Below, piece by piece: positions 56,198-64,000 of a stretch of DNA of 64,000 nt. The position numbers and the translations under genes were made by a program. Numbering within the stretch: position 1 is the first letter of the stretch; the number at the start of each line of letters is the position of its first letter. Source of the stretch: Deltaproteobacteria bacterium (GTDB taxonomy: Bacteria; Myxococcota; Myxococcia; Myxococcales; SZAS-1). Where the stretch lies: positions 18,407 through 82,406 of the forward strand of contig JAFEBB010000023.1 in assembly GCA_018266075.1 (NCBI GenBank), read 5' to 3'. The notes below the pieces were generated by a model. That model ran no database searches. It was not told the DNA's origin and saw only the letters and a list, made by a program, of their open reading frames with translations.

Positions 56198-57358
56198 ATG
56201 GCCCAGAACAAGAACGCCCTCCGCAAGCCCTTCCAGAAGGCGCGCAACGTCTCGCCCGTTCCGCTCACCGGCAAGGAGCAGGCGCGCGAGCTCATCCACA
56301 CCGCGTTCCCCGCGTACGTGGGCCGCCAGGAGCGCACCGCCTACGAGCTGATGTGCCGGAGCATCACCGAGGACTGCTCGATCTTCATGACGCTGTCCGG
56401 AGCGATGACGCCCGCGGGCCTGCACCAGAGCTGCCTCATCCCGCTCATCGAGCGCGGCATCATCAGCTCGCTCACCACCACGGGCGCGAACCTGTACCAC
56501 GACGCCCACCGCATCATCGGCCACGCCATCCGCGAGGTGAACCCGAACGCGGGCGACCTGCAGCTGCGGCTCGCGCGCGTGATCCGCATCTACGACCTGG
56601 GCTTCTGGGAGGAGGCGCTGCTCGACACCGACCGGCTCTTCTCCGCGCTCATCCAGAAGCCGGCCTTCCAGCGCAAGATGACCACGCCGGAGTTCCACTA
56701 CCTGCTGGGCAAGGAGATCGCCGCCATCGAGAAGGCGCTGGGCGTGAAGCAGCCCAGCCTGCTCTCCACTTGCTACAAGTACGCGGTGCCCATCTTCGTG
56801 GGCGCGGTGCAGGACGGCTCGATCTTCCTGAACGTGGTGAAGCTGAAGCGGCTGCTCGGGCCGGCCTTCAAGTTCGAGCTCGACATCAACGACGACGTCT
56901 ACGCCATGGCGGCGCTGCAGCACTGGGCGCGGCACCACGGCGGCAAGCAGCTCGCCATCTGGATCCTCGGCGGCGGCGTTCCCAAGAACTACACGCTGCA
57001 GGGCGAGCCGCTGCTCGATCAAATCCTCAACGTGCCCACCACGGGCTTCGACATCGACGTGCAGTTCTGCGTGGACCCGGTGGACAACGGCGCGCTCAGC
57101 TCCTGCCCGGCCGGCGAGGGCCACACCTGGGGCAAAGTGAGCGTCGAGGCGGTGGAGAGCGGCTCGGTCTACGTGCACACCGACGTGACCGCCGTCTTCC
57201 CCTGGCTGACCCACGCGCTGTTCCAGGAGAAGTTCAGCACCCGCAAGCCCAAGCGGCTCATGGACAAGCTCGAGGAGGCGGTGAAGTTCCTCGACGCCGA
57301 CGTGCAGAAGCAGCGGAGCTCGCTCATGAAGACGCTCACCTACGAGCTGCCGAAGTAG
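56198..57358 (+). CDS. Deoxyhypusine synthase-like protein (possible homospermidine-synthase-type polyamine enzyme)
   Basis: 386 aa. 'FMTLSGAMTPAGL', 'ISSLTTTGANLYHD', 'PIFVGAVQDGSI', 'LGGGVPKNY', 'EGHTWGKV' follow the DHS family pattern. Confidence 0.8.
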   Translation: MAQNKNALRKPFQKARNVSPVPLTGKEQARELIHTAFPAYVGRQERTAYELMCRSITEDCSIFMTLSGAMTPAGLHQSCLIPLIERGIISSLTTTGANLYHDAHRIIGHAIREVNPNAGDLQLRLARVIRIYDLGFWEEALLDTDRLFSALIQKPAFQRKMTTPEFHYLLGKEIAAIEKALGVKQPSLLSTCYKYAVPIFVGAVQDGSIFLNVVKLKRLLGPAFKFELDINDDVYAMAALQHWARHHGGKQLAIWILGGGVPKNYTLQGEPLLDQILNVPTTGFDIDVQFCVDPVDNGALSSCPAGEGHTWGKVSVEAVESGSVYVHTDVTAVFPWLTHALFQEKFSTRKPKRLMDKLEEAVKFLDADVQKQRSSLMKTLTYELPK

Positions 57359-57600
57359 CCCACGCAACCCGCGCGGGGTGGCCGCGAGAATGGGCTTGAG
57401 CGGCCGCTCGTCGGGTCGTTGTCGGCTGCGTAAACGCGGTTTGCACGCTCCAGAAGCGACGTTGGAGCGTCCGTGTCCCGGGCAAAGTGGAGCGCGCGTG
57501 CGCCAGATCGGCCAGATCCAGCCGCTGATCCGGGCGGATCCGGCGATGTGACGGGCGGCACACCAAGTGCAAGAGGGCCACACAACCCGTGAGGCCGACC

Positions 57601-57918
57601 ATGCGCACCTGGACTGCAGCCCTCGTCAGCACCCTGATCCTCTCCTCGGCGACCAGCGCCTTCGCGGCCAAGAAGGCCGGCAAGGGCGACTTCGGCGACC
57701 TCTTCGCCGCCGTGGACAAGGCCGGCAACAAGCCCTCCAGGGCCCAGCACGCCGCGCGCACCCCGGCGCCCAAGGCCAAGCTCGCGCCCAAGGCCGCCGC
57801 CGCGCACCCCGCTGCCAAGCCGAGCGCCCCGATGGTCGCGCAGAACACGCCGAACCCCGAGAACGTGCTCGTGCTGATGGACTACGCGCCCGACCGCCAC
57901 GCCTGGGCCGGCCCCTGA
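57601..57918 (+). CDS. Small secreted Lys/Ala/Pro-rich protein (hypothetical)
   Basis: Signal peptide 'MRTWTAALVSTLILSSATSAFA|AKK'. Very strong GC3 bias. 105 aa. Confidence 0.6.
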   Translation: MRTWTAALVSTLILSSATSAFAAKKAGKGDFGDLFAAVDKAGNKPSRAQHAARTPAPKAKLAPKAAAAHPAAKPSAPMVAQNTPNPENVLVLMDYAPDRHAWAGP

Positions 57919-58033
57919 TCCACGCGGATCCATGAACGACGCGCGCGCGGCCTGACCGGGTGACCGGCCGGGCCGCTGCTCTCTTTGCCGCTGCGTTGGC
58001 GGACCGTATCGCGGTCCCTACCGTTTGCGCGCG

Positions 58034-59065
<1,032 letters not shown>

Positions 59066-59073
59066 CCGATTGG

Positions 59074-59682
59074 TTACAGCGAGAGCTGCTCGCCGCGGGC
59101 CATCACGAAGTACTGGTTCTTGAACTTGCCCGTCTCGGCCTCGTACGCCGCGCCGATGGTGACGTTCTTGCCCACCGGCCGCAGGAAGTCGTGCATCTTG
59201 TGGAACACGAAGAAGCTGAAGCCCGAGCCGTTGGCGCTCACCCGCGGCCAGCCCTCCGCGGGCTCCTTGGGCGGCAGGCGGGTGTAGTCGATGAGGAACT
59301 CGCCGGGCATGTCGGCCTTCACCGACGCTGCGAAGTAGCCCGGGCCGATGAGCCACTCCATCGAGCCCGCGTTGCGGCCCCAGAGCAACCCCGGCTCTTC
59401 CGAAGGTGTGAAGATCTTCGCGAAGTGGCTGAACGCCACCAGCGAGTTCTTGCCGTTCCAGATGCTGCCGGTGGCCGGCGTGCCTTCGGGGACCAGGTAC
59501 GCCAGGGTCACGGGCGGCTGCTCGGCGGCGCGCTCGTAGAGCTTGGCCATGAGCGGCTTGGAGAGGCTGCGAATGGCCGCGAGGCGCTCCTCGGGGCCGA
59601 ACTCGTCGCAGAGCGCAGCCAGCGCGCCGAAGCGCGGATCTTCCGACGAGAGCATCTGCGCGAGCTGCTGCGGATCCGCCAT
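59074..59682 (-). CDS. Hypothetical protein
   Basis: 202 aa from ATG 59682 ('MADPQQLAQML...') with GC3 bias. No motif recognised. A longer version (to 59784) would overlap cvpA. Confidence 0.55.
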   Translation of the reverse strand: MADPQQLAQMLSSEDPRFGALAALCDEFGPEERLAAIRSLSKPLMAKLYERAAEQPPVTLAYLVPEGTPATGSIWNGKNSLVAFSHFAKIFTPSEEPGLLWGRNAGSMEWLIGPGYFAASVKADMPGEFLIDYTRLPPKEPAEGWPRVSANGSGFSFFVFHKMHDFLRPVGKNVTIGAAYEAETGKFKNQYFVMARGEQLSL

Positions 59683-59725
59683 GGGGGAAAGAGACTCGCG
59701 GGCCGCGCTGCTGTCAAGCCGAAGT

Positions 59726-60496
59726 TCAGCGCCGCTTGCCGCGACTGACCTGCTCCAGACTGTCCGGCATGTGCTCGCCCGCATGCACGAGTGCGTCCTG
59801 GAGCTTGCTGTCGCTGAGCACGGCCATCACCCGGTTGTTGCGCAGCATGCCCATGGAGTCGCCGCTTTGGATGGCCCGCTGCAGCTCGCCGTCCTGCAGG
59901 AGCTGCTGCACGCGCGGATCCTTGGTGAGCGCCTGGATCTCCGGGTCGTTGCCCAGCTCGGCCGCGGCCGCGGGGTCCTTGGCGGCGCGGGCGATCGCGG
60001 TCAGCCCCCTGGTGCCCGGGAAGCTGAAGGTGGTGAACAAATTGTGCGCGCGGATGAAGTCCGCGATCTTCGAGCCGCGGGTATCGAACTGGTAGTGCGT
60101 CACCGCGGTGAACGGCTTCTCGAAGAAGATCATCGCCGACACGAGCACGTACAAGAACACGCCCGCCTTGCCGCCACCGAGGCCGAAGCCGAGCAGCCGG
60201 TCCGCGCTGCCGAGCACCCGGTTCTGGGTGACGCGCTTGATCACCGCGCGCAGGATGATCTGGGCGATGAGGTAGATGGCGAAGAAGGCCACCACGGTCA
60301 CGCCGAGCACGCCGATGATGTCCGGCGCGCCGAAGCGCTGCGCGGCCAGGGGCCCGAGGTGCACGCCCAGCGGCTTGGCCAGAAAGCCGCCGAGGATGAG
60401 CCCCGCCCAGTGCGAGAGCTGCATCAGCCCGCCGGCGAGCGCGCCGAGCACGGCAAAGAAGAGCACCAGCCCGACGACGAGGATATCGAGGTTCAA
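59726..60496 (-). CDS. cvpA: CvpA family membrane protein
   Basis: TTG start. 'MNLDILVVGLVLFFAVLGALAGGL', four TM helices and a C-terminal soluble tail, which is the CvpA layout. Confidence 0.75.
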   Translation of the reverse strand: MNLDILVVGLVLFFAVLGALAGGLMQLSHWAGLILGGFLAKPLGVHLGPLAAQRFGAPDIIGVLGVTVVAFFAIYLIAQIILRAVIKRVTQNRVLGSADRLLGFGLGGGKAGVFLYVLVSAMIFFEKPFTAVTHYQFDTRGSKIADFIRAHNLFTTFSFPGTRGLTAIARAAKDPAAAAELGNDPEIQALTKDPRVQQLLQDGELQRAIQSGDSMGMLRNNRVMAVLSDSKLQDALVHAGEHMPDSLEQVSRGKRR

Positions 60497-60508
60497 GGTG
60501 AGTCCCGT

Positions 60509-62098
60509 CTACTTGATCCGGAAGTCGCCCTTGGGGAGCTGCTTCTCGGCCTCGAGCATCTTCTCTTTGTACTTGGCGTTCCCGGGCTCGTACATCACGG
60601 CCATCTTGAAGTTGCGGTGCGCGTCGACGAACTTGTTCGCGGCGAGATCCTTCATGCCCTGCTCGAAGACCTTGCGGCCCTGCGGCGTCTTGCCGACCTC
60701 TTCTTCCTTCTCCTTCTGCGCCGCGCGCTTGGCCTCGACCTCGCTCTCCTCGGTGAAGCGCAGCTTCTCGGCGCGCTTGTCCCCGGAGATGTCCTTCACG
60801 TACTTGGCGCGCTTCTGATCGTCGCGCAGCACGACGTAGGCCTCGTTGATGCGCTTGTAGATCTTGTCGACGTTCTCGCGGAAGCCGGCGTCCTCGAGCC
60901 GGAAGAAGCGGTCGGGGTGGTAGGCGCGCGAGCGCTGGTGGTACGCGCGCTTGATCTCCGCGGTGGACGCCGTGGCCTGGAGCAAGAGCACCTGGAAGTA
61001 GTCGAGCTCCGGGAGTTGGGCTGCGGTGGTCTCCACCTCGGCGGCGAAGGTGGGCTCCACGCCGGGAGGCACCGGGCCCGTGGGCGTCGGCGGCGGTGCG
61101 GGCGGCCGGGCCCGCAGGGCGACTTCGGTCTTGAGGTTCTCGCCGTCGTCGTCCCCCTGCGCGGGAGCGGGCCGCACCATCGTCGGTCCCGTGGGCGGGC
61201 GCGCAGGCGAGGCGACGATGCTGGTGGCCTCCTCGCGCTCCGGCGGTGGCGGCGGTCCGGGCCTACCCGAGGCCGGACGCTGCGGTGCACCACCTGGCGG
61301 CGGCGGCGGACCCGGTCGCGCAGCAGCAGGTGGTGGCGGCGGCGGACGGGCAGCGGGGGCAGGTCCAGGTCGCGGCGTGCCTCCCGGTGCAGGCGGCGCA
61401 GGGCGGGGCGAGGCGAGTGGCGTCTTCGTCGAGGGTGGTGCGGGCGGAGGCCCCGGTCGCGGCGTGCCTCCCGGCGCGGGCGGCGGCGGGGCCGGTCGGG
61501 GCGTCGCACCAGCGGGAGGCGCCGGCCGCGGCTGCGCCAGCGGCGTCTTCAGCTGCGGTGCCGCGGGCGCAGGACCTGGCCGCGGTGTGCCTCCCGGCGC
61601 AGGCGGCGGCGGTGCGGGCCGCGGCGTTCCACTTTGGGACGCAGGTCCAGGTCGCGGCGTTCCAGCCTGCGGCGCGGGTCCGGGGCGCGGCGTTCCAGCC
61701 TGGGGAGCCGGTCCGGGTCGCGGCGTTCCTTGCGGCGCGGGCCCAGGTCGCGGCGTTCCACCCGGCGCGGCGGGCGATATCGGTCGTGTGGGCGGGGCTG
61801 CCGGCCGCGGCGTGGCACCGGTGGGCGGCAGGCCCGGCGTGTTCTGCCGCGCTGGCGGAGGCGGCGGAGGCGGCGCCGGTCGCGGCGTGCCTCCTGGCGC
61901 GGGCGCGGCCACGGGCATCTTCGGCGGGGTGACCCGCAACGCGGGCGTGCCAGCGCCGGTCATCGCCGAGGGCGGTCGGTTGGTCGGCTTGGGAGGCGGA
62001 GGCGGCGGAGGTGGCGGACGCGGGGGCGGCGCCGCCGGCTTCGCGGCAGCGGGCGCGGGCGGCTGCGGTGGCCGCGGAGGCTTGGGGGCGTCGGCCAT
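60509..62098 (-). CDS. J-domain co-chaperone with a roughly 280-aa proline-rich N-terminal region
   Basis: J-domain 'DYFQVLLLQATASTAEIKRAYHQRSRAYHPDRF' (HPD motif) near residue 360. A C-terminal Lys-rich / TPR-like tail. It starts 15 nt downstream of the Hsp70 gene. Confidence 0.85.
   Translation of the reverse strand: MADAPKPPRPPQPPAPAAAKPAAPPPRPPPPPPPPPKPTNRPPSAMTGAGTPALRVTPPKMPVAAPAPGGTPRPAPPPPPPPARQNTPGLPPTGATPRPAAPPTRPISPAAPGGTPRPGPAPQGTPRPGPAPQAGTPRPGPAPQAGTPRPGPASQSGTPRPAPPPPAPGGTPRPGPAPAAPQLKTPLAQPRPAPPAGATPRPAPPPPAPGGTPRPGPPPAPPSTKTPLASPRPAPPAPGGTPRPGPAPAARPPPPPPAAARPGPPPPPGGAPQRPASGRPGPPPPPEREEATSIVASPARPPTGPTMVRPAPAQGDDDGENLKTEVALRARPPAPPPTPTGPVPPGVEPTFAAEVETTAAQLPELDYFQVLLLQATASTAEIKRAYHQRSRAYHPDRFFRLEDAGFRENVDKIYKRINEAYVVLRDDQKRAKYVKDISGDKRAEKLRFTEESEVEAKRAAQKEKEEEVGKTPQGRKVFEQGMKDLAANKFVDAHRNFKMAVMYEPGNAKYKEKMLEAEKQLPKGDFRIK
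61355..61894 (-). repeat. Degenerate tandem coding repeats '(G)GTPRPGPAPQ(A)' (at least 10 TPRP units)
   Basis: Protein residues about 69-248 read 'GGTPRPAPPPP...GTPRPGPAPQGTPRPGPAPQAGTPRPGPAPQAGTPRPGPASQSGTPRP...'. The corresponding DNA repeats are 'ggtccaggtcgcggcgt(g/t)cc'. Confidence 0.85.
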
Positions 62099-62113
62099 GG
62101 GCTTCTGCGAGAG

Positions 62114-63763
62114 CTAGCGGCGCGCGGCCGCCGGCATGTCCTCGTCGTCGCCGTGGCCCGCGAGGCGCGTGGCCTCGTTGGCCTTGCGGCTGGCCTCGAT
62201 GTCCTCCTCGGACAAGCCCGAGGAGAGGGTGATCTGCGTGCTCGTGCGCTGTCCGGTCTCCACGTCGGTGGCCGAGACCTGCACGATGCCCGATGCGTCG
62301 ATGGCGAAGCTGACCTCGACCTTCACCTCGCCGCGGTAGCCGATGCGGAAGCCGGTGAACTCGAACTCGCCGAGGAGCTCGCACTCGTCGCTCTTGTTGG
62401 CCTCGCCCTGGAAGACTTTTATTTTGACCCGGTCCTGGCCGTCGCGGCTGGTGGTGAAGGTCTTGGACTTCTCGATGGGGATGGGCGTGTTCTTGTCGAT
62501 GATGCGCTCGGTGAAGCCGCCCACGGTGCCGATGCGGAGGGTGAGCGGGGTGACGTCGAGCAGGTAGGCCGCGTCGCCGCCGCCACCGCCGCTCCCCGCC
62601 GAAGCGCTGGAGCTGGCCACCAGCGTATGCGCCTGGATGGCGGCGCCCATGGCCACCACCTCGTCCGGGTCCACGCCGGCCATCACCTCGCGCTGGAAGT
62701 AGTGCTTCACCGAGGTGCGGATGATGGGCAAGCGCGTGGGGCCGCCCACGAGGATGACCGCGTCGATGTCGCTGGCGGTGAGCTTGGCGCTCTGCAGCGC
62801 TTCGTCGCAGACCTTGAAGGTGCGCTGCACCAGGTCCATCACCATGCGGTTGAAGTTGGCCTGGTCGAGCTGCTGGGTGAGGTCGAGCACCTGTCCGTTC
62901 TGGTCCTGGCAGATGCCCGGGCAGTTGATGTGCGCGATGCCGTTCTGGCCCACTTCGATCTTGGCGCGCTCGGCGGCCTCCTTGAGCATCTGCAGGCAGT
63001 AGCGGTTCTGCCGCAGGTCGAGGCCGCTCTTTCCGAGGAAGTCCTCGGCGAGCCAGGTCATGATCCGGTCGTCGAAGTCGTCGCCGCCGAGGTAGGTGTC
63101 GCCCGCGGTGGAGAGCACTTCGAAGACGTCTTTTCCGATCTCCAGGATCGACACGTCGAACGTGCCGCCGCCGAGGTCGTAGACCACCGCGCGCTGGTTG
63201 AGGTCCTTGCCCATGCCGTAGCTGAGCGCGGCGGCGGTGGGCTCGTTGAGGATGCGCAGCACCTCGAGGCCGGCGATCTTGCCGGCGTCTTTGGTGGCCT
63301 GGCGCTGGTTGTCGTTGAAGTAGGCGGGCACGGTGACCACCGCCTTGTTCACCTCGCGCCCCAGCGCGTTCTCGGCGATGGCCTTCATCTCCTTCAACAC
63401 CAGCGCGGAGATCTCCGGCAGCGAGAACGTCCGCCCGGCGGCCTCGATGCGCACGCTGTTGTTGGCGCCCTCGACGATCTTGTAGGGCATCACCGCCTGG
63501 GCCTTCTTCACCTCATCGGAGAAGAAGAAGCGCCCGATCAGGCGCTTGGCCGAGTAGATGGTGTTCTCGGCGTTGGTGATGATGTTCTTCTTGGCGGCGT
63601 TGCCGACGAGCACCGTGCCGTCGTCGAGGAAGCTCACGACGGACGCGTGGGTGCGCTCTCCCCATTCATTGGGAAGGACTTGAGGCACGCCGTTTTCGTC
63701 GCACACCGACACGCACGAGTAGCTGGTGCCCAGGTCGATGCCAATCGCGATGTCGTCGCTCAT
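62114..63763 (-). CDS. Hsp70 family chaperone, short-lid (HscC/StkA-like) type
   Basis: ATG 63763. '[14 protein letters not shown]', '[20 protein letters not shown]', '[11 protein letters not shown]', '[14 protein letters not shown]', '[11 protein letters not shown]'. 549 aa, shorter than DnaK, with no EEVD tail. Confidence 0.9.
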   Translation of the reverse strand: MSDDIAIGIDLGTSYSCVSVCDENGVPQVLPNEWGERTHASVVSFLDDGTVLVGNAAKKNIITNAENTIYSAKRLIGRFFFSDEVKKAQAVMPYKIVEGANNSVRIEAAGRTFSLPEISALVLKEMKAIAENALGREVNKAVVTVPAYFNDNQRQATKDAGKIAGLEVLRILNEPTAAALSYGMGKDLNQRAVVYDLGGGTFDVSILEIGKDVFEVLSTAGDTYLGGDDFDDRIMTWLAEDFLGKSGLDLRQNRYCLQMLKEAAERAKIEVGQNGIAHINCPGICQDQNGQVLDLTQQLDQANFNRMVMDLVQRTFKVCDEALQSAKLTASDIDAVILVGGPTRLPIIRTSVKHYFQREVMAGVDPDEVVAMGAAIQAHTLVASSSASAGSGGGGGDAAYLLDVTPLTLRIGTVGGFTERIIDKNTPIPIEKSKTFTTSRDGQDRVKIKVFQGEANKSDECELLGEFEFTGFRIGYRGEVKVEVSFAIDASGIVQVSATDVETGQRTSTQITLSSGLSEEDIEASRKANEATRLAGHGDDEDMPAAARR

Positions 63764-64000
63764 CCCGGCTCCGGTCGGAGGCCCCCTCACATCCCATTCG
63801 GCCGTGTAACTGTACGGCCGCATTCAACCCAAGTCAAAGCTCCGACTGGCAGTTTTGGCCAGTGGGCTCGGACACTTAGGTGCACGTGTGGCAGGCGCGG
63901 TGCCTTGCCGCTCCACAACGCGCGTTATACATCCGTACTGCTGGCGAGCTGGCGGCGCAGCAGCGGGAGCGTGGCATGGGGTGGACCTTTGCGCTGGTGA

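Noticed and set aside
57445-57470. The hairpin ACGCTCCA-N10-TGGAGCGT downstream of the DHS-like gene as a terminator or small RNA.
   Set aside because: There is no U-run, it lies about 90 nt from the stop, and I could trace no tRNA-like or known ncRNA structure. The evidence is too weak to call.

Overview
This is a high-GC bacterial chromosomal segment, roughly 70% GC by eye (not computed). It carries Myxococcota hallmarks: a pilB-pilT-pilC-pilS-pilR-pilA-pilG-pilH-pilI block in the order I recall for Myxococcus xanthus, two MYXO-CTERM (GC_trans_RRR) tails, and many lipoprotein signal peptides. I support about 45 protein genes, called from the ORF track, GC3 bias, RBS and start context, and motifs recognised by eye; no database search was possible. 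CDS ends include the stop codon.

Gene content:
- Housekeeping genes: thyA-folA, ribF, ribA, treZ, gshA, etfBA and speA.
- The type IV pilus (T4P) block at 6.8-17.7 kb.
- A 14-kb island at 17.7-31.8 kb made mostly of large polytopic membrane proteins.
- A surface-enzyme and cysteine-rich lipoprotein cluster at 48-55 kb.
- An Hsp70 / J-protein / CvpA operon at 59.7-63.8 kb.
- I saw no rRNA, tRNA, CRISPR array, transposase or integrase.

Main hunt results:
1. The island directly co-directional with pilA-pilGHI looks like a polyprenyl-phosphate-sugar periplasmic glycosylation system. It has a GtrB/DPM1-like GT2, about six GT-C-like membrane proteins, a SAM methyltransferase and a membrane-anchored metallophosphoesterase. 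It sits where I expected pilD and pilMNOPQ, so it may be a pilin or surface-protein glycosylation module.
2. A periplasmic thioredoxin-fold/TPR gene is interrupted by a single in-frame TGA exactly at the first Cys of its W-C-x-x-C motif, with a long hairpin 11 nt downstream. This is a candidate selenoprotein.
3. A perfectly phased 21-bp x 8 tandem repeat, seven of eight units ending in GATC, lies between the convergent folA and protease genes.
4. A 636-aa lipoprotein has about 108 Cys arranged in about 16 C-G-G-x-G-x-x-C-C modules.

Functional interpretations are inference and need HMM, structure and experimental checks.
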